Shown here: in pieces, positions 1-10,361 of the stretch
Position numbering within the stretch: the stretch's first letter is position 1
Layout of the letters: each line of letters starts with the position of its first letter
Assembly (NCBI GenBank): GCA_020184695.1
Contig: JAANOX010000231.1
Span: 248,001-312,000, forward strand
Length of the DNA: 64,000 bases
DNA from: Histomonas meleagridis 2922-C6/04-290x
Lineage: Eukaryota > Protista > Parabasalia
Reading direction: 5' to 3'
Translations under genes and position numbers: made by a program
Notes under the pieces: model-generated
What the model was told of the DNA's origin: nothing
Databases searched by the model: none
The model's input: only the letters and a program-made list of their open reading frames with translations

Positions 1-480
1 TATCAGCTACCTTGATTAGTGCTGCATCTCAAGGTATGCGTAAAGTGAAGAATTTTACTTTGAAAATGATTACAGATATTTCAATTCCAGTCCTTTGGGC
101 CTTGGTATATGTACCTGATGGTACTGTAATAAAAAACATTAGTTTGGGTACCCATGCTGCCCCTGTTTCATTATATGAACCCAATCAAAATGTTATCTTG
201 TCAGGGTACGTTACCCCTAATGCTGCACAAACTCAAGTATTTCGTACTAGGTTAGCACGTAATTTGAATTCTGGTCATAGTATTGCTTTGGTTCTTCGAT
301 TGGCAATACAAGGTACTGTTATTAATCAGAAGTTCTTAGGTGTTCAATTAAATTATGCAGTTACTTATTAATAATAAATTATGTCCCACTTTTATTTTTA
401 TGTTTGATCCACATCGTATTGGACCTGTTAGTGAATCTTATTATTCACGCAATAAGGGAAGAGTCTTACAACGTAAGTTA
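1..480 (+). mobile_element. Endogenous viral element, CRESS ssDNA virus (Kirkoviridae / Po-circo-like) fragment, continuing beyond the left edge
   Basis: Contains a capsid-like ORF. The sequence after its stop runs to about 480-487, where it switches abruptly into a host ankyrin fragment (GIVSLLLEREKIDIN). The right boundary is approximate. Confidence 0.7.
3..371 (+). CDS. Capsid protein, C-terminal part, kirkovirus/Po-circo-like CRESS virus type (5' truncated by the window)
   Basis: The frame is open from position 3. Motifs QGMRKVKNFTL, WALVYVPDG, SLYEPNQNVILSG, RLARNLNSG and terminal NYAVTY match the capsid motifs I recall for this group. Confidence 0.8.
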   Translation, partial: SATLISAASQGMRKVKNFTLKMITDISIPVLWALVYVPDGTVIKNISLGTHAAPVSLYEPNQNVILSGYVTPNAAQTQVFRTRLARNLNSGHSIALVLRLAIQGTVINQKFLGVQLNYAVTY

Positions 481-483
481 GTA

Positions 484-670
484 GGAATAGTTAGCTTACT
501 TCTTGAACGCGAAAAAATCGATATTAATATTAGAAATATTACTTTGTTTTATTTAGAGAATTTATAAAAAATTTGATATTTCACATAAACATTTGGAATT
601 ATATCTGAACATGTAAAACAGTGCATATGGTAGCATTAAAAAATATGTACACATATATAATTCAAATAAC
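484..670 (+). pseudogene. Ankyrin repeat gene remnant carrying an 80-nt interrupting element (538-617)
   Basis: GIVSLLLEREKIDINIRN, then the insert with AACATTTGG, then the degenerate TVHMVALKNMYTYII. Confidence 0.6.
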
Positions 671-1324
671 GTAATACAGTTTTTTTTTCGAAATCCTTTG
701 ATCAAATAATTTTTTACACATTCATAAAGTATTCAATAAATTATTGTGACATACATCACTTTTTTAATATTTTTTAATCGGACTGTATTCTGCCAAACCG
801 TTGTTCGTTTTATATTTTCATTCAAAATATATGTCATTTATATTTTTATTGAAAATCAAATTGAAAGAATGATAATTTTTTAAAAAAAGTGGGATCGTTT
901 TCTATTGTTCTAAATTTACTATTTAAAAATTGATTGAAAGGATTTGGAGGTTTGGTCTTACATCACGCCGATATTACAATCAATAATTCATAATGACACT
1001 AAAACCAATATGAAAATCGATAAAATATTAGGAATTATTAAATGGATTAATAATGAAAATGAATTAAATTTTTTTTTAATTCAAGTATATGAAAATAATT
1101 TATATAAATGTAAAATTGATATGATACATAATACAATAAATGTTTCGGAATAAAAAATATATATTCAATTTAAATTAATATTTTCATAAATAAAAAAAAA
1201 ATCAAAACAAAACAAAACAATTTTTTTTAATAATTTGATTTTTCATATTTTAACTATGTTTGTTATGTCAAATTATAATTCATTTGCCACTTTTATGTAA
1301 ACAATAAAAAATTAAAATCCAAAA

Positions 1325-3162
1325 ATGAACAAAATGGAAATGATTAAATTAATCCAACAAATAATATTTAATTTAAATAAAGAAAATGTTTCTCAATCTG
1401 CACAATCAATTCTATCCATTTTTGATTATAAATAACCATTTTCATTTAATCAAGTTATTATTCAATTTAAATATTTCTTTCTTTTTGATCCAATGAAAGA
1501 TTTTGATATTTATTTAAGTTTTCTTAATGAAATTGAACTATTTGAAGAAACTAAACAAATTCAATCCAAAATATTTGATGTTTTTTCACATCAACTTTTA
1601 TTTTCAAAATGTCAAGAAAATAATTATCCACTTTCAAAGATGTTTGAACGAAACTTTCTTAAACCTAACGCATTAATATATAAAGTAAATCCATATTTTG
1701 TTCATTATATGAGTCAAGAAGAAATTAACAAGCAAAAGAACAATTATTCATTAAAACAAATCATGGAAAATTATTCAGAATTATCAAAAAATAAATGGGA
1801 ACTTCATAAGGAATTAATTACTGAAGGAATTAATCCAAACAAAATACCGAAGATAATTCGAAAAGATGAAATAGAAAAACTTCAAGAAATATCATCAAAA
1901 GAAGGATTTGATTATAATCAAAGAATTCCAAAATCACTTTATGAACGAAATTCATTCATTAATCATAAGAAAGTTACATTAATTGATTATGCAGCATTCT
2001 TTGGATCAATTCAATGTTTTAAATAATTACTTATGAATGGATCTGATCTCGAATGCACAGGTAAATATGCAGTTGCAGGTGGAAATCTTGAAATCATTCA
2101 TTTATGTGAACAATATCATTCATCATTTGAAGGTTCATATGAAGCAGCGATTAAATTACATAAAAATGAGATTTTTGAATATATTTATGAAAATAACTTA
2201 GAAGAAAACAGCTGTAATATTAATTATTTGGGATGTTTATGTGTTAAGAATATGAATTATGACATCTTTACATATTTACAAGGGAAAGGAATGAAAATTG
2301 ATGAAAAATATTATTAATGAAGCAGCAAGAAATGGTAATTTATATCTTGTTCAACATTTTCAGAAAGAAAATTCACTTCCATTCGATATTTTGGTATCAT
2401 CAACAGAATCAGGGAACATTGAACTTGTGAAATATATTCTTGAACAAGAAGGAATTGATATCAATGCACAAAATGAAAATTATATTAATAAATTGATGAT
2501 TCAAAATTATAATTGGGAAATATTTGTTTTATTTAATACAGCACTTATAATTTCATCAACACAAAATTACATAGAAATTGTTCAATTACTCCTTGAACAA
2601 AAAGGAATTGATATCAATACTCAAAGGAACAAATTTTTCAATCATTTGATATTTCAACGTAATATTTGGAAATTATTTTAAACATATTATACAGCACTTA
2701 TAATTGCATCTCAAGGAGGTCACTTAGGAATAGTTAAATTACTTCTTTCAAAAAATGGAATTGATATTAATCTTAAAGATTTTTATTTGTTGTTTTTAAT
2801 AATTGTTTTAATATATTAGTATCTCAAAATAATATTTGGAACTTATACAAATTATTTCGAACAGCACTTATATGGGCATCTATCAAAGGTTGCAAAGAAA
2901 TCGTTAAATTACTACTTGAACAAGAAGGGATTGAGATTAATGTTAAAGATGTTTATTTGTTTTATATTATTTTTACTTATATAAAAAGTATTTATTTTAT
3001 TTATTTAATCTTTATAATAATAATTTAGCAATTCAAAGTAATATTTGGCGTTTATTTAAATTATTTGAAACAGCACTCTCAATTGCAACCAATAAGAAAT
3101 ATACTGACATAATTAATTTAATTACATTTACCTCCTTATTAAAAAAAAATGCTAAGCTATAA
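1325..3162 (+). pseudogene. DUF3447/ankyrin-repeat family gene, disrupted
   Basis: One frame runs from ATG 1325 through ORFs 1493 and 2033 with in-frame TAA at 1433 and 2024 (CFK*LLMNG where the paralog has CFKYLLMNG). A +1 shift lies in an A-run near 2305. It has the typical TLIDYAAFFGSIQCF motif and C-terminal ankyrin repeats, each interrupted by an insert. Confidence 0.8.
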
Positions 3163-3734
3163 TTTATCAAAATTTATATACTTTTTGCACTAAAAAATAC
3201 ATTTTTCAAAGTTGAATGTTTTTTTTTAATTCCTTTAAGATTTAAATACAAAGATAGATCGCAAAACAAGTATCCCAGGAGTACAATAGTACTTAAATTA
3301 ATTCTTAAAATTTAATATTTGGAAATTTTCATAATAAGCAATGACAGAACGAAAATATTCATATCATTTATTTTCTTATTAAATTAGTAAATAAATTAAT
3401 TTCAAGAAAATCAAGATTTCATATAATTATTTGAAATAATAACAAATCACGCTTTAATGTAAATTTCAGCGATTTTATTTCTTAACAAATCAATGATCAT
3501 TCGATTTGTCTGCCATCATCGCACAGATATTACAATCAATAATTCAGAACAAAAATTCTATTTTGAAATCAAACCGTCATATAATTATGAAAAATTCTCT
3601 ATCGTTCACTGAAATTTTTTTGCCAAAATTCCTCTACACAAATCACATAAACAAAATATCTGGAATCAAATACAACAAGATATTATTTTCGAACAAAAGA
3701 AGAGATTCATGATATTTAATAATATTATCGTACA

Positions 3735-4130
3735 TTAATTTGTAATATCCTTTGCAATCTGTTCAAGTGCCACACGTGCTTCTGGTATTGGATATACTGG
3801 ATAAACATGATTTAGTCCATTTCCAGTGATTAACGTCGAGTCAACATTGTTTTTGAGTTTCTCATGAAACAAAGCGCAAATCCTATGGCAAGACCACCCA
3901 CCAGATGAATCACCCATGATAATGAGGTCTGATGGATTTTGAAATATTTTATATAATTCAAATAACTTATCACTAGCAATAAGAATATGTACCAAATGGA
4001 GCAAGAGGATAAATTGGCATAATTACATTACTGTCCGTTCGCTGTGTAAGTTTGTTAATGAAAAATTAGAGGATTATGAACATAGCCACCACCGTGAAGA
4101 TAGATCACAGTGGAGCAAATAATGTCTATT
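3735..4130 (-). pseudogene. Bacterial-type alpha/beta hydrolase (HSL-family esterase) pseudogene with frameshifts and an internal deletion
   Basis: Read across frames: IYLHGGGYVH (HGGG at about 4085-4096), MPIYPLAP, IIMGDSSGG(GLAIGFA) and C-terminal GLNHVYPVYPIPEA. The region between the nucleophile motif and the catalytic His segment is missing. Confidence 0.8.
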
Positions 4131-4254
4131 TTCAATACCATGAAATAGCTTTTGGATGATTGGATGATCGATGGCTCGAAAGTCACATTGGATTAAAAAA
4201 ACAATAACATAATCAATATTAATATTTAATAAAACAGAAGTGTTGTGAACATCA

Positions 4255-4938
4255 TCAGTTATTGATGAGTCTATTTGCTCTCAAAATTAAATCTTCGCGA
4301 TATAGTCGGAGGAGATGAATAATTTCATCATATGGAGATGTATCAGAAACAGTTTCTTGCTTTGATTGGAATACAACTGGAGGTTGAGGGATAGATGACA
4401 TAGGCATATTGGAAATGTTTTGATTATGAATGTTTGTTGCACCAGGAAATTGAATGTGAGAAGCTGGAGGTGCAGATTGAATGAAATCTTGAAACCTTAA
4501 GTTGGGTTGGTTGGCGTTATAATTTGGATATTGCATATTTGTGGGAAATGTTGGAACAGCTTGACCATAATCTTGCTTTGGAAACGAACCTTGCACCTGC
4601 ATTTCGTGTGGTGGTGGCATTGGCTGCTGATAATTTTGATTATTTATACCTGGAGCTGGTGGTTGTTGAAAAGTACCTAATGAAACAACATAAACATTAA
4701 TTGGCATATTATTGACTTGGCACCCATCAAATTGTTTCACGGCTTCTTGTGCACTACTTTCTGTTGTAAAAGATACTATGCCAATCAAAGTTGATTCTGG
4801 ATCATTATCATTTGCTTTTTGTAATTTAACTGATTGAACTTCACCAACTTTCTTAAATATGTTTGTAACCACATTTTCATTTATTGTGTTTGGAAGTCCG
4901 CATACAAAAATCGTATTTTTCATTAAATGATTATTCAC
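4255..4938 (-). CDS. RRM-domain RNA-binding protein with a Pro/Gln-rich tail
   Basis: RNP2-like IFVCGLP and RNP1-like IGIVSF in an approximately 80-aa N-terminal domain, followed by a low-complexity P/Q region. Confidence 0.8.
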   Translation of the reverse strand: MNNHLMKNTIFVCGLPNTINENVVTNIFKKVGEVQSVKLQKANDNDPESTLIGIVSFTTESSAQEAVKQFDGCQVNNMPINVYVVSLGTFQQPPAPGINNQNYQQPMPPPHEMQVQGSFPKQDYGQAVPTFPTNMQYPNYNANQPNLRFQDFIQSAPPASHIQFPGATNIHNQNISNMPMSSIPQPPVVFQSKQETVSDTSPYDEIIHLLRLYREDLILRANRLINN

Positions 4939-5198
4939 TTAACATTTCTTTTTAACGTGCTCTTATAAAACCCAAAAATGCAAAAAATTTCTTTTTTTGA
5001 ACCAAACGTTTGGTTGCCATTCACGTAAATTTATGATGCAGCTTCAAAGCTAAAATAATAATTCAACTTATCATTACAAATATCTTAGTGAATTAAAATT
5101 AATTTTTTGAAATTAATATTTTGCAACCAATGACCATTATATGATTTGTTCTCAGATTTGAAAATCCAAAACAGTGTTAACTTAACTCTTTTTTATTT

Positions 5199-6290
5199 CT
5201 AGTCATCGTAAGTAATTTCAACTACTGGCTTAATTAATTCGGCCGGTTTGTTCTTCATAAGCATCAAAGCGTCTTCGACCTTTTCGAGTCCTTTGAAGCG
5301 GTGAGTGATAAGTTTTGTTGGGTCGAGTTTTCCGTACTTAATTAAAGATGCCAACTTCTCCATTCTCACTCTACCACCAGGAGTCAAACCACCATGGATG
5401 TGCTTGTGGCTCATTCCGACGCCCCATTCAATACGTGGAATCTTAACATTGTCACCTTCACCAAGGTAATTTACAGATCCAATTACTCCTCCAGCTTTAA
5501 CCATTTTCACAGCGTCAGCGAATTGATCGCAGTCACCGCCAGCAATGATAACCTTATCAACTCCTTTACCATTTGTAAGCTTAAGAACTTGTTCAACGAT
5601 TGGACCATTCTTATAGTTAATGATATCAGTTGCGCCATATTGAAGTGCGACGTCGCAGCAGTGCTTACGTGATCCGACAGCAAAAATCCTTGATGCGCCC
5701 ATCATGTTAGCGCCTGCAACCGACATTAAGCCAACAGGGCCAATGCCAATAACACATACAATATCACCGAATTTGATGTCTGCGAGTTCCGCGCCATGGA
5801 ATCCGGTTGTAACCATATCGCAAAGCATGACTGCTTGCACTGGTGTGATTCCTTCTGGGATTAATGCGAGATTGCTGTCCGCTTCGTTAACATGGAAATA
5901 TTCGGCGAATACTCCGTCTTTGAAGTTCGAGAACTTCCATCCGCCAAGCATACAGCCTGAGTGCATTGGAAATCCTTCTTGCGCGGCCTTGCTGCCCCAA
6001 TCTGGTGTGATTGCTGGAACAATAACTTTGTCGCCTGGTTTGAAATCTTTAACAAGTTCACCAACTTTAACGACTTGGCCGACGGCTTCGTGACCAAGAA
6101 TCATATCATGACGGTCGCCAAGTGCGCCAGCCCAAACTGTGTGAACATCTGATGAACATGGGGCTAATGCAAGTGGACGAACGATTGCATCTAATGGTCC
6201 GCATTTGGGTACTTCTTTAGTGATCCAACCTGTCTTACCGATGCTGAGCATGGCGAAGCCTTTCATTGTCTTTGGAAGTTCTTTGTTCAT
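5199..6290 (-). CDS. adh1: NADP-dependent Zn secondary alcohol dehydrogenase (Clostridium/Thermoanaerobacter/Entamoeba ADH1 type)
   Basis: MKGFAML...GW, Zn ligands in APCSSD, GHE and CDM, the GIGPVG Rossmann motif, the NADP-specific GSR...Y motif and terminal IKPVV. Confidence 0.95.
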   Translation of the reverse strand: MNKELPKTMKGFAMLSIGKTGWITKEVPKCGPLDAIVRPLALAPCSSDVHTVWAGALGDRHDMILGHEAVGQVVKVGELVKDFKPGDKVIVPAITPDWGSKAAQEGFPMHSGCMLGGWKFSNFKDGVFAEYFHVNEADSNLALIPEGITPVQAVMLCDMVTTGFHGAELADIKFGDIVCVIGIGPVGLMSVAGANMMGASRIFAVGSRKHCCDVALQYGATDIINYKNGPIVEQVLKLTNGKGVDKVIIAGGDCDQFADAVKMVKAGGVIGSVNYLGEGDNVKIPRIEWGVGMSHKHIHGGLTPGGRVRMEKLASLIKYGKLDPTKLITHRFKGLEKVEDALMLMKNKPAELIKPVVEITYDD

Positions 6291-6295
6291 TATAA

Positions 6296-6300
6296 AGTGA
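6296..6300 (-). promoter_or_regulatory. Trichomonad initiator (Inr) TCACT upstream of ADH
   Basis: Minus strand reads TTCACTTTATAATG; the TCA(Y)(T/A) motif lies 5 nt before the ATG. Confidence 0.6.
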
Positions 6301-6560
6301 AGTAAATGGAGAAGAGGTTTTGTTATAATTATGTTTTGAATGGGCGGTTATTTTTTTCAGTTGGACCCAATATATCGGTTTTTTGATTTTGAATAGTTGA
6401 GATACGGTTTGATTGAAATTCCATTTAAAAATTGAGTGGGGTGATAATTGTCGATATAAATTGTTACCGTCTTCTCGTGTTATCATCACTTATGCATTAT
6501 AAAACATAAAATATTTGTAGAAATTTTATTTTCTTATAAAAATTACAATGAATTTTATCT

Positions 6561-9044
6561 TTATCTATGTGCCATTCGTGGGTTCCTCTTAAAGAACTCC
6601 TTCTTCCTGAGTGTTCGCTTGTGCATCTTCTCTGCCTCTTCTGCTTCTGCTTGTTTCTTCAACAATTGCTCTTCTTCTTGTTTGGCTTTTTCTCTTTGGG
6701 CTTTCTTCGCTTCATATAGCTTTGTTGTCTTGCTAATCATCGCTAATAGGTCCGCTTCGTCCTCGTTCATAACCGACGCTTTCTTAGTTTCTTTCTTTTC
6801 ATTCTGTTTTTTGATCTTATATGGAAGTTGCTCATTAATACTCTTCGGTATCCGCATACTCGGCTTCTTTATCTCTGGTCGGTCAACATCTCTGTATACT
6901 GAATCTTCGTTATATTCTGGACGAAGATTAAGATATGATCGAAGTTCCGCTGTAGTTCGAACTAAACCCCAACTATCACTAAGAAGTGAATTAACAGGTT
7001 GGAAGAACTCTGTCGGATGTACTTTGACCCACGTATTTAAAAAGACTATATCACTCTTTTTGATCTTGTCTTCAAATGTACATCGAACAACTCCATTCTT
7101 TTCAACTTTCTTAATAACACCTCTAATACCAGAAACTGTCCTAATCAATGCACCAACAAACGGCGTAGCTTCTACATCACTTGTGAACATGTTCTCAATC
7201 ATCGCCGTACGTTTAAAAATCTCTTTGGGGTGCCCCTTGACACGCAACTTTTTGACCACGTAACCGTCGCCCATTTCCTTTATTGTTACTCCAGTGGCTG
7301 ATATCCTAAATGAATCAAGTTTCTCCTTAATGTGTTGAAATGCAGTGACACCAACATTAATTGCTGAATTAGGTCCAAAAAATGTTGCATAACATGTAAG
7401 GAAATCTGGCATGTATTTAAGGAACTTAAGTTTTCCATCTCTTTCCTCGTTGAAATAGATTGGAATTGCTTGGTATCTACGCCAACCAATAGAAACAATC
7501 ATAGGATCTGATGATTTAGGTTTGCGTGCATAAAAACGATGACGCTTAATTTTAACCCATTGTTGTACAGACTCTTTTTCATATTCCTCTGGGAAAAGAC
7601 CACCAATAACGACTGGGTTCTTTGGATCAAATCTTTCTACAAATGCTGGTGGAATATCTACGAAAGAAACTCTAATATATTTTCCTGGTGGAACTTCCCC
7701 TTGTGGTTGTACTCTCTCTTCTCCATCTTCATAAATCGGATCTTCCCCATCATTTTCGTTAACGTCTTCTTCTGCCTCGTTAACGTTCTCTTCTTCATCG
7801 TACTCGTTAACGTCCTCCTCGAGCACTTTTTCTTTTGGCTCTGGTGGTTGTTCGTTAGCTTCTTCTTCATCTTCATTATCTGATACATAAACACCATCAA
7901 ATAATGCGATTTTCTGTCTTTCGTTTGGAACAACAGTTGGCTTTTCTTGTAACTCACGTACCATTTTGACACCACGCGTTTCTACAGCTTCACTTTCAAG
8001 AGCTTTAATTTCTTCTTCTGTAAGATTTACGCTTGGTGATGTGAGCTTTGTGAAATCGAGCTGATTTCGTGGGATATCAACATAGATTGCATCATCATCA
8101 ATTTTGAGACCACCAATATCAGACATCGGAGCATGAATTCGTTGTGTCTTTTGTTGGATTTGTCGTTGTGATGTTTCTTTTGGATTAGAAAGTGGACATG
8201 GATCATCAAGTATTTGTATATTATCAATTGTGTAGTCCCCTGCGCCAGGAATATGTATCCGTTGTTTGTTATTAAGTCCATCACCTCTACAATAACCAAA
8301 TAGAAGTGTTTCACCATTTTTCCCAGATTCAACTCGATCAGCTATAAGATATCCACGACCTTTACGGAAGCTTAAAACACGGATTTTGGATTGGTTAAGA
8401 AGACGTGAGAGGCCCATAATACTTTTCTTTTCATATTTTCCATGAATAAGTTTTTCAAGTTTGTATACTTTGACTGTAGTACTTAACTCCTTGCGGAAAC
8501 GCGCTTTAATGGCACTGGCAGCACTTTTATCGCAAAGATCAAGATGTGATATTACGCTGATGATTTTTGGAAAGCCATGTGATGAGAGAAGATTAAGAAA
8601 CTCGAACGTTTCCATTTCAAAGTTATGACTGGCATTAACCATAAGTAACACTATATCGGCAATTTTGGCGGCATCTGTCATTGCATTAATATCATTAGGA
8701 ACTTCAATAAACGTAATGCGTTGAGCTCTGTTGGCTATTACAGTGATGGGTCCTCGAACTGTCATAACATTTTGCCCAGTATACCGTTTGACAAGACATC
8801 GAATTAAAAGTGACTTGCCACAACCTGGTGGACCTTGTACTGCTATAACTATTGGTGGATCTTCCACTTTATATTGTTTAGTTTCAGGCTGAAATAAACG
8901 AATTTGTTCAATATTAAGTTGATGAGCAATGGCTTTGCGAGCTCTTTCTCCTTTGGTATAACCAAATGCACGAATGTTATGAAGGTCTATTGTCTTTTGT
9001 CTTTTGTGTGGAGCTTGATGGGGTTTATTTGTTTGCTCTTCCAT
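6561..9044 (-). CDS. BMS1: Ribosome biogenesis GTPase BMS1
   Basis: P-loop GPPGCGKS, RITFIEVPNDINAMTDAAKIAD, FEMETFEFL, SIGWRRYQ and IRTVSGIRG. First ATG is at 9044 (MEEQ). Confidence 0.95.
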   Translation of the reverse strand: MEEQTNKPHQAPHKRQKTIDLHNIRAFGYTKGERARKAIAHQLNIEQIRLFQPETKQYKVEDPPIVIAVQGPPGCGKSLLIRCLVKRYTGQNVMTVRGPITVIANRAQRITFIEVPNDINAMTDAAKIADIVLLMVNASHNFEMETFEFLNLLSSHGFPKIISVISHLDLCDKSAASAIKARFRKELSTTVKVYKLEKLIHGKYEKKSIMGLSRLLNQSKIRVLSFRKGRGYLIADRVESGKNGETLLFGYCRGDGLNNKQRIHIPGAGDYTIDNIQILDDPCPLSNPKETSQRQIQQKTQRIHAPMSDIGGLKIDDDAIYVDIPRNQLDFTKLTSPSVNLTEEEIKALESEAVETRGVKMVRELQEKPTVVPNERQKIALFDGVYVSDNEDEEEANEQPPEPKEKVLEEDVNEYDEEENVNEAEEDVNENDGEDPIYEDGEERVQPQGEVPPGKYIRVSFVDIPPAFVERFDPKNPVVIGGLFPEEYEKESVQQWVKIKRHRFYARKPKSSDPMIVSIGWRRYQAIPIYFNEERDGKLKFLKYMPDFLTCYATFFGPNSAINVGVTAFQHIKEKLDSFRISATGVTIKEMGDGYVVKKLRVKGHPKEIFKRTAMIENMFTSDVEATPFVGALIRTVSGIRGVIKKVEKNGVVRCTFEDKIKKSDIVFLNTWVKVHPTEFFQPVNSLLSDSWGLVRTTAELRSYLNLRPEYNEDSVYRDVDRPEIKKPSMRIPKSINEQLPYKIKKQNEKKETKKASVMNEDEADLLAMISKTTKLYEAKKAQREKAKQEEEQLLKKQAEAEEAEKMHKRTLRKKEFFKRNPRMAHR

Positions 9045-9806
9045 TTTCTTGTGGTCGAGTGCACCCAATCAATGAAAATCTGTTTCACGTCACATGTCAG
9101 ACTTGAGAAGAATTTTGAATTTCTCCAAAACCTTTTGTATAATTGATAATTAATAAATAAAATATCATTATCTGTTGAAGTATGAAAGTACATTATTTAA
9201 ATTCTTAGAAAATATTTTAATATGAATACAAAATATATAAATTACAAAATTTATAAATTTACGATGTATTACAATAGCATAAACATATTTAATAAAAGTG
9301 ATATTTAAAATAATTTTATTCGTTTACTTTGTGCATTAGTTGCGAGATTATTGAATATTGGTTATCTTCACTTATATTTTTCAGAACAAAAGTTGTTACA
9401 TATTTTCCAATTTTTGTACCTAAGACATGAGAAATAATTATCTCATTTCCTTGAGATAATGGCTGAGCATAAAAATTTTGGTGATCTTGGCGAGTTTGAA
9501 GTGTTATAGACTCAAACGTTTTAATTTTTGCGATGATATTTTGTGTGCCTTTGATGATTTCTGAATCAATTTTTAAAATAGATTCTTCAGACTATGAATT
9601 AGAAAAAAAAGATACATAAAATGGTGCAACTAACTCTGGGTCTTTTAGCAGAAGTTCAAAATAATGCTGATTGAATGAATTAGCAACATCTTGGAAAAAG
9701 ACAGCCATTAGTATGTGAGTAATTGACAATTTATAAATTGAAAGAAAATATTTTGGCAATGACGATGGAGTTAATTATTATCAATATAAATTGAACGTTT
9801 ACTTGG

Positions 9807-10286
9807 ATGGAAGCAAAGCAAAGATTAACCAAAAAAGACATTGATGAATTAATTAAGATGCAACTTTTATATGACAAAAACATGGAAATTCGACCAATTA
9901 AAGAAGTTGCTAAAGATTTTCCCATACGTGCAATTAAATCAATTGGATTAACAACAGCAATAGGTAGTTCATTAACATGGGCTTCTTCACTATTTGTGTT
10001 TCGTAAGCCATCAATTGCTAATAATGATGTTAAGATAGCTCTTCCAATTTTAACAACTTTTGGCGGAATTGACTTTGGTGTTAATTACACGTTGACAAAA
10101 TTTACAGGAAAAGTTAATCCGACACGTTTGATATCTATCACTTCATCTTCAATTGCAGGAGCATCATGTGGATATATATTTGGAAATCATAAAATTAAAC
10201 CTACTTTGTTTGGTGGTGTTGCTGGAGCTCTGTATGGAGCAGTACGTAACTATCCAATGGAAATATTAGGATTTCAGCCTTATTAA
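9807..10286 (+). CDS. Small multi-TM protein, probable Tim17/Tim22/Tim23 family (hydrogenosomal inner-membrane translocase)
   Basis: 159 aa with several Gly-rich hydrophobic segments (FGGIDFGV, SIAGASCGYIFG, FGGVAGALYG) and an LTKFTGK loop, as in the Tim17 fold. Confidence 0.55.
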   Translation: MEAKQRLTKKDIDELIKMQLLYDKNMEIRPIKEVAKDFPIRAIKSIGLTTAIGSSLTWASSLFVFRKPSIANNDVKIALPILTTFGGIDFGVNYTLTKFTGKVNPTRLISITSSSIAGASCGYIFGNHKIKPTLFGGVAGALYGAVRNYPMEILGFQPY

Positions 10287-10361
10287 AATTATATTAAAAA
10301 TGCTTTTATATTTGATTTCATTTTCTTATTTCTAAAACAAAAACAATATTAAGCTTAAAAT

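Noticed and set aside
1433-2681. In-frame TAA at positions expected to be Tyr or Lys, suggesting stop-codon reassignment
   Set aside because: TAA, TAG and TGA all terminate conserved genes here (rpS2/actin, ADH/pdxK, BBS1/RtcB), and the implied amino acids are inconsistent.
5394-7975. Antisense and alternate-frame ORFs over ADH and BMS1 (likewise over actin, udk, RtcB and CK1)
   Set aside because: They are shadow ORFs of real genes with no motifs of their own.
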